A stretch of DNA of 64,000 bases from Bugula neritina (lineage: Eukaryota > Animalia > Bryozoa): contig OZ037769.1 in assembly GCA_964035545.1 (NCBI GenBank), positions 14,042,633-14,106,632 of the forward strand. Reading direction: 5' to 3'. The notes below the pieces were generated by a model that was given only the letters and a program-made list of their open reading frames with translations, ran no database searches and was not told the origin of the DNA. Below, piece by piece: positions 12,162 to 24,870 of this stretch. Positions within the stretch are counted from its first letter, which is position 1, and every line of letters begins with the position of its first letter. The position numbers and the translations under genes are program-made.

Positions 12162-15100
12162 ATCATGTTTTCGCTGCGAAATGTTCTCTCATGTTGCTTG
12201 CTTGATGCAAAATCCTTTTATTTTATTATACAAAACACCATATATCTAAAATTTTCTAGCTAACATCTATAAAGACTAAATGCTGCATGCAATTATAAGT
12301 TGAATTTGTGATTTTTTTAGCTATAAAATAAAATATAAAACATAGAAATTTTACCCACGCAGCTATTTAAAATAAGAACATTATTTAATATAAACATAGA
12401 TTGCACAAAATTTCTACATACTACATTCGTTTCTGCACTATTAAAACAATGATTGCTATACATACGATATAACGAATCTTCACTTATACTCACTGCATCA
12501 TGGCAGTAATATCTCAAAACTTTTGATGAGAACATGTATATATTTATTGACTCGTTGCATAGCAAGAATTAGTAAGTTATTGTTAGAATTACAAATTTAA
12601 GAACAATGAAGAATGGATAAAAAGGGGACTCCCCTTTTTATATAGGGGAGTCCCACTATATGACATAATGACAAACTTTCTTCATATTGGATCAATTCGA
12701 GGCATTTTGCCACCTAAACGTTTTTACTTAAACTGAAAATCTGAAAACTACAGATCTTGAAGCGCTTCCAATATGTTATCTTTTGTGAAATGTCAAAGTA
12801 TATTTTACAAGAAAAACATTTTTTTTCTCAAAAATTGTCATTTATATAATATGTAACCTCTAAGCAATACGTAAGTTCAAAATGATATTATAACTTTGAA
12901 CTTGACTCCATTAGGTTTAAGACTAATTGTAATAATAAAAAGAAGTACAAAACGTATAAAAAAGTGTTAGTTTAGGATATTATTTAATCTTACATCATAT
13001 TCAAATAAACAATATATTTTGCTATCATATTATAACACAGAATTTAGCTTTCTGATACACAGATAATCATGTAGAGTAAATTGATTAAATATACAACTTT
13101 TTACTGATATGAATTAGTGTGTGAAATAAAAAATGACTTTGAGTATACGAGCCATGGGTGCAGCATCTGCTAAACCTGTATAATTTATGCATTTGAGTGT
13201 CTATATGACAGAGATATTGATTAGACAAACATGATAATGTTTACATACAACTGCTACCTAGCAACAAAAGCTTTCCTTCTATGAAACTCACACTATTGAA
13301 ATGTATACTGCAGGTTTTTAGCTGACACTTAATAAAGGCACATATTTATATAGTTTGTTTGCACACTGAGCTAAATATAAACATGTACAATAGTGCTGGT
13401 GAGTTTTTTATTGATATGTTAGCTATAGTCATAACAACTACCAGTCACTTGTATTTTAGTTTTACTAATTTACTTACGCAACTGTTGCATTAAAGAATGA
13501 CAGGATTTTTCTTCCCTTTGTTATTAAATAGGAAGGCAAATTAAGAACTTTTTGCAGCAATGTAAAAAAATAGATTATATAGATGAATGAACGTTGTGTC
13601 TATATTTAGTCAATACTTCTCAACAATTAATGTCTATTTGCCCAGATAAATAGGTATATATATTGAGTACTCATAGTTTAAAACACTTGGCCATTAGCAA
13701 ATAAAGAAAAGGCCAGTAAGACTGAAAGATTAAACAAACAAAAATGTCATAAATCATGACTTTGCAGTCAGATGTATTGTACCATCTCCTACAGTTTGAT
13801 TGTTGATTATTTACAAACTGTTCCTTCAAATTTTGGAATAAAATGTATTTTTCATTTTCAGTAATGAGTATGTTAACTATCCCTAAGTATTCAAAAATAT
13901 TTCAATAGCTATAGTTATTATAGTTCTAGTTGCTGAATTTGCAAAATAACAACAATTTGTTAATGTATTATATTAACAATAATTTGTAGTAAAAAACCTA
14001 TAATTGCCATGAAAGCTATTCTTTATTCCAATAATTGAAATGCGTAGCTTATTAACAAAAAAATAATGTGTTTTTGGAATGCATGCATATAGTCTAATTG
14101 TTGTGTATCTATCAAGACTAAAGTTTTCCAACTGTACAAGGAAGATTTAAATGAATATATATTTGATCATTGGTGTAAAGAAAAGTTTACACTCCAACTA
14201 TAAAAGTTAGAGTCTATCTCCTACCTGCCAATTGCATGCTGTCAATGTAAAGTGATGCCTAATTGCTAGCAGCCATGGCATGCAATAGATCTAATGCAAT
14301 CGAAGTTTTGAAATTGTCAATTTAGCTTTGCCTACTAGCAAGGTTTTTATTAAAAATATGTTTAATAATATAATTTAGCTAAATAGGATATCTTCTTGAA
14401 TTTTAAAAAATTGCTCTGTGGAATCATCATATATTTCTAACGAATCAAATGATAATAAATCTCCTTCAGCATTACACAAGCTCGAATTATAGCAACCAAT
14501 AGGATTGGCTTATAAATGCACATAATATGTGCATTTATAAGTCAATCCTAGCTATCGGTTGCTAGTATCAGTGTATACACGCTGGACAATTAAAATATTT
14601 ACTAAAACAGGCTGCTTGCATCTAAACCCAACTGTTGCTGGCAAGTAACTTATAGAGCTACAGTGTAAGCAATGCTTTGCAGTACTTTTTTAGCTTAAGA
14701 TAAGTCCTAGTTGTTACCCTGCATGTTGTATTTACTTCTGGTACTTATAAAAACACTCAATAAAAAGCAACCACTCAAATTTACAATAAACAATGACTAA
14801 TTTATTAGTTATAGGACCAATAATTTACATTTTACTCTTTTATTGGCCTATTGAAAATTCATATGTTTTTTGTTTATTTGTTTAGAAACCGTATTGCTTA
14901 GCTGCAATAGCTCAACTCGTTTATCTTTATTAGTAAATATATAAGTAGTAGAAGAAATATAACAATCAAAGTGGGAAAGAGGGGAGGATGATCTGTAGAT
15001 GAACGTTCATACAGACAGTTATACAGGCTGAGCTTATTGTTGATGTTCGGAGATGTTGCTATATATAATGTCTTATTTTAGAATCTACTGTAGATGTTTG

Positions 15101-16379
15101 ATTTTGTATTAAATAGCATAGTTTTAGTAGCAATATACACAGCATTGTGCAGGCATAAAGTAATAAACCAAAACCTATAAATAAAAATACAACATCATTG
15201 TTAACTCAAATCAACTATTATGCAGGGGAAGACAACTCTACTACACAGTCAGAACAGTGCTAAGGAGGTTGAGTTTATCTACATACTGGAGCTTTGTTGA
15301 GAATGCTCTGCATTTCATCTCATATGTGTCGAAATTAATAACAAGCAGTTCATTTTACATATATGATATGAGCTGTACCATGGATGTGTCTTAGAATATG
15401 GCTTCTGAAAAATTCTATTTATAGCTATAAATGAACAGCAAATTTCCATGATAATATACTCTAGCGTATCAAAAGGTTCTTTCCATGCAAGCTACATTGA
15501 GCTAGCAGACACGCTTTTAAACATTAAAATTGATGAATAATTTGCATGGCATTTGCATAAAAAGTCGGCATGTTTTCATAAAAACAATTACACAAGTCAG
15601 AAGCACTCTGTGATGGATAGAAATCAATTATTTCAGAATAAAACTATTATGTCATGCAAAATTGTCTTAAATCTACAACTTTTTTATTTTTTACACCAAT
15701 ATGATGTATTTTTAGGATTTTCATTAATTTTTAAACGCTGTATTTCAACCGAGTACCTTGAAGCATTTAACTTAAGACAGCTCCCACTCTGAATATATTA
15801 TAGTACTTCTACAAGGAGTTTGATAGTCAATTAAATTGATAAAAGTGCATAACTATGAGAATTTTGCTATATATTACATTCTCTCATTAAAATTTTTTAA
15901 ATATATAAACTACTCCTATATAATATGTAATTTGGCTTAATATATAGGCAATTGTTTTTGTGCCTGCAATTAAAACTTTTATGCAGAATTGTTTGATTTG
16001 CCAACTAGAATTAAAGGTCTAATTTTACAGTTTAAAGTTTTTAAGATGAAATTTCTCGATTCCAACCATTTATAAGTTGCTTAATTATATATAACTCTAT
16101 TCTCTATAGTTTTAAAGAGCATGTACGCGATCACCTGGTGATTGCAGTTCTATAAAAAATGGTCAGTTGTAACAAGTAATGTAATTGTCTGATCGTATGA
16201 TTATCAATACTTATAAAATGAATGTATCACTCATCAAAGTATATAGAAACATGGTTAGTATCATCTGTATGTTTTGATAAAGTTGATGATGGCAAAAATA
16301 ATTTTGATTTTACTATAAGCATTTAATTTAATGCTTTACTTTGAAGATATTAGGAAGTTTATACATGATTGTGATAAAA

Positions 16380-16525
16380 GTAGTTGCTCTTAGATATATT
16401 TGCATGGTGAGCTAAAATGACACCAATGACTCATTTCTCCCTAAATATATTTGTGAGAGGCGGAAAGCTAATCAGTCAATCAATTAATCAATCAATCAAT
16501 CAATTAATCAATCAATCAATCAATT

Positions 16526-16556
<31 letters not shown>

Positions 16557-16573
16557 GAATCAATGAATCAATG

Positions 16574-16608
<35 letters not shown>

Positions 16609-19600
16609 TCAACAATTAACCAATCAATCAATCAATCGATCGATCAATCAGGCAATCAATCAATTATTTAATCAATCAATCAATATCTTTATCATTTCCA
16701 TGTGGATTCAACTCAAATAATGTTTATAAGTGTTTATAGATGTCTTTCTGCTATAGTTACACCTGACAATTTAAAGGCAGATGCAATGCATAATCACCAT
16801 TATTAGCTTAGTACCATTAAAATTGATTTGAATTTTTAGTACCAATAATAGAAAATTGTAACGCCAAGCAGCATTGTCCAAACACAAAGTTTAGGTTTGT
16901 ATCAAATTAAGTTATATATTAGTTACATATCATCAATTTGAATATATATACTGGGGTATAGTTTTGCTGGTACAATGATTTACAATTATGTTTGGTTTAT
17001 GCTTAAATTTGATGTATATAATGTAGATCTGCTTATGTAATTGATTGATTCATTGCATATCACAAACATGACTTAAAACGTTGCGAAATTCAGTGTAAAT
17101 CCTGGCTATAATATAAATAGGCATGAACAAAAATGAGAGAAAATGTCAAAACTCTAGTCAAAACTCTGTAGGAATATTTAAAATAGAAGCCCATTTAAAA
17201 TATTACAAGATGTCCCAAGAACCTATCTCTGCCCCATGCCCCTCTATATTTGATGGTTCGATATCTTCCAGAAGGCATTGACTCAAAAAGTTATTGATGA
17301 AATGGTCATTGTCTTATACTATATATTTGATGGCAAGTTCTTTAGTGAGTTTCTGAATGTGCAAATCAATGTTTAGATACTCAATCCCAAATTTTGAGCA
17401 ATTTTCAAAAATCTTTCGGATAGCCTTTTTATCACTGGCATAGACACAAGTAAAAATAATAAGTAGACAATAGACGAAGCGGGAGATGATGAAACTTTTG
17501 AATAACATATTTGCTAGAGGTTTAGAGCTAAGACACACAAAATTCTTCACAATATACATTCTTCTTGATACTGTTGTAACTATTGATTTTACATGTTCAT
17601 AAAATTTCAAGTTCTGAACCACTAACACACCAAGGTATCTCACTTTATCAGACAGTACAATGTTAGTTCTATTTAATACGAGAGTAGGGGTACGAGGTTT
17701 AGCACATTGAGCTGAGAACGTCATTTCTTGGGTCTTGCTAAGGTTTAGTAATATATATTAAAATCATCACATTGCGAGAATGCATATACTGGTTAATGTG
17801 AATTATTAAAACACTACAAATCACTTTAGGATGAATTATTATTTAAAACTGAATAAACAGGTTCAAATGTTAATGTCTAATTTAGCAGTCATTTGCTGCG
17901 ATTTTATTGTTGATATTTTATAAAATTCATGCATTACTTTTCTACACAAAATGCTCAACCTTTGATGCAGGAAGTTAGTTTACATAACTTATTTGTTAAA
18001 ACGAGAAACGACAGGGCAATTAATTTATAATGTTTTTTCACGGGCTAAAAAGATAGATTAATTTCACTTGATATTTTTGAATAAGTGCTTATAGCTTATT
18101 TGTGTTTCCAATCAGACAAATTAAAAGTGCATGCAGCCGCTATAAGTTTCAAAAATGCAACCATTGCCGCTTTTTGCAATTTTACAATTAATATTCCATG
18201 CTCAAGTGGCTATATTGTTACATATAAACTTCCTATTATACAATTATAGATGCACTAAATTAATCAAGTGCAGAAAAAAATTACAAACGAAAGTCTTACG
18301 ACTGAAAAATAGAAAATGAGAACTAATTTGTTGATTACTGGTTATTTTTTGTCTAGCCAATGCTAATAATACTATTTTCTCATTATCACATTTTGACGAA
18401 GGGAAAAGAAATGAATTGGAATAAAAAATAACTTGAATTGAAAACTTTTTTTATAAAGAACAGTAAAAAACCGAATATCTTGGCTCAAAGGTTTTGTGAA
18501 TAATAATAACAACAATATTTTTTAGCAAGTGAAATGTTAATTAACTTCTTACTGAAAGCAGTTGCTTTTAGATATATTTGATGAGCTACAAAAACACCTA
18601 TATATGACTCATTTCTCCCTAAATATATTCTGTCAGAGAGAAAGACAGCTAATCAGTCAATGAATCAATGAATCAATGAATCAATGAATCAATCAATCAA
18701 TCAATCAAACAATTAATCAATCAATCAATCGATCGATCAATCGATCAACCAATCAATGATTCAATTAGTCAATTAATCAATTAATCAATCGATCAATCAA
18801 TCAATCAATCAAACAATTAATCAATCAATCAATCAATCAAACAATTAATCAATCAATCGATCGATCAATCGATCAACCAATCAATCATTCAATTAGTCAA
18901 TTAATCAATCAATCAATCAATCGATTAATCAATGAATGTCTATATATATCATTTCAATGTGGATTCAAGTTGAATATTGTTTACAAATGTTTATAGAGGT
19001 CTTTCGTCAAGCGACACCTGACAATTTAAAAGCAGATGCAGTGCCTATCACCATTATTAGTTTGGTACCATTAAAGTTGATTTGAATTTTTAGTACCAAT
19101 AATAGAAAATTGTAACGCCAAGCAGCATTGTCCAAACACAAAATTTAGGTTTGTATCAAGTTAAGTTATAAATTGTTTACATATCATCAATTTGAATATA
19201 TACTGGGATATAGTTTTGCTGGTACAATGATTTACAATTATGTTTGGTTTATGCCTAAGTTTAATGTATTATATAATATTGTAAATATGCTTATATAGTT
19301 ATATATGTGAGAATGCATATACTGATTAATGTGGATTATTAAAACATTGCATATGAATTTAGGATGAATCACTATATTTAAAACTGAATAAAATAGGTTC
19401 AAATGTTAATGCCTAATTTAGTAGCTATTTGCTGCAATTTTATTTTTTATATGGTAGAGTCATGCTTTATTCTTCTAAAGTGTTTACGTCAAGAAATGCT
19501 TAATTTTTGATGCAGAAACTTATCATAGTTTAAAAGTTCATTTAAACTTAAAAAAATAGGGCAACTGATGCATTTTTTGTTCACGGATTTAAAAGATTGA

Positions 19601-20040
19601 TATTTTTGAATAACTGCATGCTAGCTTTGTGTTTTCAATCAGATAAAATAAAAGTGCATTCAGCCGCTAGTTTCAAAAATGCAGTCTTAGCGGCTTTTTG
19701 CAATATTGCAATCACCATTCCATGCGCAATTGTGGCAATATTGTTACATATAAACTTCCTATTATACAACTATATGCATTAAATTGATCAAAAAAAAAAA
19801 ACTCACAAACAGGAAGTCTTAATACTGAAAAATAGGAAGTTGCAACTATAATTAGTAGATTACTGGTTTAGTGTTTTGTCTAGTCAATGCATATAAATAT
19901 CATTTTCTCATTTTCACATTTTGACAAAGGGAAAAGAAATGAATTGGAATACAACAATAACAATTACTGATTTATAAACTTTTTGGAGAAAAAACAGGCA
20001 AACATTGAATATCTTGGCTCAAAGGTTTTGTAAAAATAAT
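16380..20040 (+). repeat. Diverged tandem segmental duplication (unit A ~16380-18510, unit B ~18560-20040), each with a (CAAT)n tract
   Basis: Colinear shared blocks: ATGACTCATTTCTCCCTAAATATAT, (CAAT)n, ACACCTGACAATTTAAA, TTGTAACGCCAAGCAGCATTGTCCAAACACAAA, AATATCTTGGCTCAAAGGTTTTGT. Confidence 0.9.
17040..17770 (-). mobile_element. 5'-truncated non-LTR retrotransposon (LINE) fragment, RT C-terminal region
   Basis: ORF 17314-17724(-) reads ..VLSDKVRYLGV..LKFYEHV..VSRRMYIVK..MLFKSFIISRFVYC, with upstream NLSKTQEMTF, typical of the ORF2 thumb region. The segment is absent from duplicate unit B. Confidence 0.8.
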
Positions 20041-20243
20041 AATAATAATTATTGTTTTGTAGGCCAAGTGTCAATTTATAGCTTCAATTTGCAATTGCAA
20101 TTGATATCACTTGAAAATACATATCATGGTCTTGATGAAAAAGAAATTTTAATTTGTTTTCTCATCTGTTAGGTCTAATGATCAAGCTTGTGGCGTGGCT
20201 TGGGGCTAACTATAAGCGTACAGTTAATGCATCATAACGCAGT

Positions 20244-20252
20244 TATATAAAT
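20244..20252 (+). promoter_or_regulatory. Candidate TATA box of deaminase copy 1
   Basis: TATATAAA about 60 bp upstream of the initiator ATG. Equivalent boxes at 31159, 45626, ~55122 and 60711 precede the other first exons. Confidence 0.55.
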
Positions 20253-20304
20253 GAATGTGTACATATAAACAGCTAAATGTTAGTCAAGATTTGACAAAGT
20301 CACA

Positions 20305-20319
20305 ATGAAGTGTCTGATT
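20305..20319 (+). CDS. Initiator micro-exon of deaminase copy 1 (MKCLI)
   Basis: ACAATGAAGTGTCTGATT|GTAAGT. Phase-0 splice to AG|21149 gives signal peptide MKCLIGASLLLLAVLQHGLA/DE. Confidence 0.75.
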
Positions 20320-21148
20320 GTAAGTATATTTCAACTATTATTAAAAAATCAAAAGAGACATTCAAAACAAAACATTTTGTCTTTGAAAATTTGCTTCAAA
20401 GTGTTCCAAATAATGTTTTGATTTAGCAAAAAGCTAACGTAAAATATTTTGTCAAACTATGATTTATTGTATTTAAACTAAAAATCCTTTAAAAAGAGAA
20501 CATTTTACAACATTAAGCTCTTATAACTCGTTTAACTTTTTAGCAATTATATATTTATTTTTTGTTTTTTAAAATTCATGTTTTTGGTAGAAATATGTTC
20601 TTCTAAATCATTCAGTAAAAATCTTCATCGTTTTTCATTATTTTGTTGTGCTATATATAATTATAATAACTGGAATAATCTACTTTTTCTATAATTGACT
20701 TACAATTTCCAAAAAAGAAATCTAATGTCAATTAAGTTATTCTCAACATCGGATTTAAAAATGTCCAGCATTAATCCTCACATATAGTTAAAAAAGCTAT
20801 GGTTAACTTTAAAAATATATTACTTTTTTCAGATAAAAGCATTCAACAATAAAATGCATGCTGAAACTTATAAAAATTGGCTGTTTTGCAACAAAATAAT
20901 TTTTAGGATGTGATTCTTATAAAAACTAGAAACTAATATAAACATCGGTTATTCTTTATTTTATGTGAAGTTATTATTCCAATGTAAAAATAATTGCTTC
21001 TTGTCATATTTTAAAAGATAGAAGCTAACTTTGCTATAAAAAACATAAGTTTTGTATTTCATTTAATTATACAAACTTTGCTATAAAAATATATATTTTG
21101 TATTTCATTTAATTATGCAAAATTAACTTTGAAATTATATATATGCAG

Positions 21149-22420
21149 GGTGCATCGCTATTGCTTCTGGCAGTTCTCCAACATGGTTTAGCTGACGAGG
21201 CAGCCAAAACTAAAGCGTTATTTAAAGAGTTGGACAAAGAAACCATTCCTCCAACAATAGTAACACAGCTAGAGACCATTGCTAAAAAACTTCATAGTCT
21301 TTACAAATATCGACCAGTTACTACGTTTAAACAATGGGTTGTTGCTACTCCTTTGGTCATCGATATGGGCACGGATGGCAAAGGTCCAATAAAACTAGAC
21401 AAAGGTTCAGTTATTAAAAAAAACCAGATATTCAGTAATGTCAGGAAGAACAACTACTACCGACGGCCTGACATTTGTGACAACAGCTGTTTGAACACAC
21501 TCAACACTCTCCCAACAAAAATCAAACGCTATCTTGGTGAAGCAAATCAAATTCATACTGAAATACAGATGCTTTACAGACATAACCACAACTTAATGAC
21601 AGATGTGACAAATAAAGATAAAGTTATTCTAGTATATTCCAGGTACATTCCTTGCTCCCAGAATCAAAATAGCCAGGGCGGCGTTTTCCTTGAATGTGCT
21701 GGTGAGATGGCGAACTTTGTTGTTAATAAGAATCCTCAGAAGAACAAGTTTATTGTTTTTTATGAAACTGTACATGACAAAGAGGAAACAGTCATACCAG
21801 TATCTCAGTTGTACATGCAACTTAGTGGTATTATGTCATTTAAGTACAACCCGACCACAAAAAAAATTAAAAAAGATTCCAACTTGCTAGACAAACATAG
21901 TTATAGTTACTTGAGAAAAAAGCCAACATTCCTGCATTTTGGTCGGCCTATTTTGAATGATAACTACAAGACAACAGTTACACAATTGTTCGTCGATTGC
22001 CTTGCTCGAAATCAGTTTATTAAAGTAGCCGGCACACAGCCTCCTAACAGCAAGGAAATTATTTTTGTAGCCACAAAATATCGGCTCTACAAGGCATTTT
22101 CTATGGATGAAGATAAACTGGCTGATCTTTATACAAAAGCTAAAAATTACAAAAAGAATAAGTTTCAAAAAACAGTAGTTGAAGGTTGTTATCAATATGC
22201 CATTAAAATGGCGGCGAATGTACCTAAAAAAAAGGCAATCATTGTGCCTAAAAAAGCTACAAACTATCTCAACTTTCGGGGAACGTCTTTAGCATCCTAT
22301 GATGTCCGGAAACCAAGATTTTTAGGAGATGAGCTACAATTTTGTTATAAATTCATGGACAAGTTAAATGAATATTTTGCTATTCGTAAAGGAATAACAT
22401 GCCAAGAAAAATGGAAATAA
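21149..22420 (+). CDS. Secreted AID/APOBEC-like (SNAD-like) zinc deaminase, copy 1, main exon
   Basis: Intact frame with QWVVATPL, CDNSC, HTE (21554-21562), YSRYIPC-x13-CAGEMANF, KFIVFYE, DCLARN. AATAAA signals at ~22668 and ~22685. Confidence 0.8.
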   Translation, partial: GASLLLLAVLQHGLADEAAKTKALFKELDKETIPPTIVTQLETIAKKLHSLYKYRPVTTFKQWVVATPLVIDMGTDGKGPIKLDKGSVIKKNQIFSNVRKNNYYRRPDICDNSCLNTLNTLPTKIKRYLGEANQIHTEIQMLYRHNHNLMTDVTNKDKVILVYSRYIPCSQNQNSQGGVFLECAGEMANFVVNKNPQKNKFIVFYETVHDKEETVIPVSQLYMQLSGIMSFKYNPTTKKIKKDSNLLDKHSYSYLRKKPTFLHFGRPILNDNYKTTVTQLFVDCLARNQFIKVAGTQPPNSKEIIFVATKYRLYKAFSMDEDKLADLYTKAKNYKKNKFQKTVVEGCYQYAIKMAANVPKKKAIIVPKKATNYLNFRGTSLASYDVRKPRFLGDELQFCYKFMDKLNEYFAIRKGITCQEKWK

Positions 22421-24199
22421 AGAAAACACTGACAAAAAGCATGCAATGTATAATGGTGTTGACATGCTTGTTTGTAAACAATTTTTGATTAGAGTTTACT
22501 ATATCAAAAATTTCCATATTTGTTTGTCTGAAATAATTTACTATAATCTTTACCTGCAGGCATGCTCTGTGACCTAAGGAAATTTATGGATGTCGTGATT
22601 TTAGCTATGGGACAAATTATTGTATGCTAAAAATATTGTGGTTTAAATTTTATTTTGTGCTTTTTGTAATAAATCAATGTTGAAAATAAAATGGATTTTA
22701 ATAATATTTCGAGTGTTTCAAGTTTTAGCATGAAGTTGAAACTAAAAATGTCTGTAAATAGAATGACTCTGTTTCTTATACAGCATCAGTCATAATACAA
22801 ATATTAAAATGCATCATTAAGAAAGAAATTTCTACAATAATATTATACTTCCTTGGCTTTGCCAAAATTATATATTATATAATTTTGGCAAAGCCAAGAA
22901 AGTTCTATTATACGCAGGTATATATAACATGTTAATACATATACACTATAATATAATATAAGCAAACGCTAAGAACAGATTTGGTAAAATTATGAATTTC
23001 TAAAAAACTGAAGTTAAGCCAACGCAGAATTTCAATAATTTGATTGCTCAATATATAAAAAGATTGTGCTGTTTTAAACTTGAAAACTTTTAAAATTATA
23101 ATTTTAAGTTTAAGATATGCTTAAAATAACACAGTCCATTTATATATTGAGCCACCGTTATTAAAATAAAATAACATGCATGATGAATATCTACATTGCA
23201 GTATATAATGACATATTAAATTTGTTTTGCATTGAAAACCATGTATGCATAAAATATTGAGGTCATAATTTTTTATTTATAATACAAATTAATCAAAAAT
23301 ATGAGATAAATAATTAAAGTTTGCTCAAAACCTATAAAAATATTATATATAACTGGTAATTTTATGTCTTGATTCCAACTATGCATAGCAAAATAAGGCT
23401 GGGAGGATGTTGCTGTAAAACATCTATATAAGTACAACGACATTGTGATAAATGAGCTAAATAAACATACACGAACTGTGATGGAAAAAACCATCACTGT
23501 CTGTGTATTTTAATTTACCAAAAGGTTAAAAAAATACATAAAAAGTCAAATAGAATCAGAAAAAACATCGATTATATTAAATTGGATTTGTTATACTTTA
23601 TTAGCTTATGTAAATCAAACACATATAAACTAATAGCGGTTAAATTGTGAAAATAGCTGAAAACTAGAGAACTATAATCAATTAAGTAAATATGACCCAT
23701 CAAAACAATGAACCAATAAAAGTCCATGCTAAACGAAAACCTTATAATTTATTTAATATATATTCTGTTAGCATTGATAACCAATACAAACACTAACTTT
23801 CACAAAATGGTTAAATGTAAGCAATTATTATTACATTTTGCATAAGAATATTATATATTCAATTTGCATAGTTGATGCACCATATGCAAACACTAATAGA
23901 TAAAGCATGTAAAAATGAGCGATGGTGTGCATATGTGTAATATGATGCATTTTATAATGGCGCTGCTGCTAATTTGAAAAATGTCTTGTAGTGTGTTCTA
24001 CTGTAGCATGCAATGATTATAAATTACTTGTTGCAGGAATAGCTTTGATTAGCAATAGTAGTTGTGGGTTGAGATAGAAGTGTTGGTATTAATAGAAACA
24101 GGGGGAAGTTTCAATTGAGGATAGTATTAGAAGTTGATGTATTTAGCAATGACCATGCTTGCTGCAAATATCTTTTGTACCTGCACAGTGCCTGGTATA

Positions 24200-24270
24200 G
24201 ATGACACAGGTAAAAATGACCCAGGTAAAAATGACCCAGGTTAAAATGACCCAGGTAAAAATGGCACAAT
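24200..24270 (+). repeat. 15-bp minisatellite (AAAATGACCCAGGTA), probably part of an interspersed element
   Basis: 4-5 tandem units producing the MTQVK repeat ORF, followed by a G-rich/TTTAGG tract at ~24340-24380. Confidence 0.75.
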
Positions 24271-24629
24271 TAAGTAATAATGACACAGATAATAATGGTA
24301 CAAATGAAAAAGAAGATAAAAATAGTCTACTTTCAATTCTGGGGATTGAGGGTGTTGGGGGGGGGTTTAGGTTTAGGTTATTAATTATGCTGAGAGCAAT
24401 AATAATAAGTTATAACCTCAGTATCAAGCAATACAAAGATGAATCATCCTAGAATCTTATATACTTACCAAATTCAAGAATTGGCATCAATCTCCAAGTA
24501 GTAGAAGATTGGAGCATTCTCAATAGTCCTCTTATGTGTCAGTAATTATACAAAAGCATTTTGTGTATTGCACTCTGACATATTGAGTGCAGGTACTCAT
24601 ATATGCTATATGAATGCAGTGACATTGTT

Positions 24630-24661
24630 TGTGTGTGTGTGTGTGTGCGTGTGTGTGCGTG

Positions 24662-24756
<95 letters not shown>

Positions 24757-24870
24757 GTGTGCGTGTGTGTGTGTGTGTGTGCGTGTGTGTGTGTGTGTGT
24801 GTGCGTGTGTGTGCGTGTGTGTGCGTGTGTGTGCGTGCGTGTGTGTGCGTGTGTGTGCGTGTGTGTGTCT
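24630..24870. repeat. (GT)n microsatellite with GC interruptions
   Basis: Seen directly; explains the CV/TH repeat ORFs. Confidence 0.95.

Noticed and set aside
12624-12654. GC-rich hairpin GGGACTCCCC-N10-GGGGAGTCCC as a terminator or Helitron end
   Set aside because: Eukaryotic context, no downstream CTRR and no second copy in the window.
21407-22195. Short antisense/alternative-frame ORFs inside deaminase exons (also in other copies)
   Set aside because: Shadow ORFs, not conserved in position between paralogues.
8362-24270. Short tandem repeats (8362-8428, 24200-24270) as CRISPR-like arrays
   Set aside because: No unique spacers and no cas genes; simple minisatellites in a eukaryotic genome.
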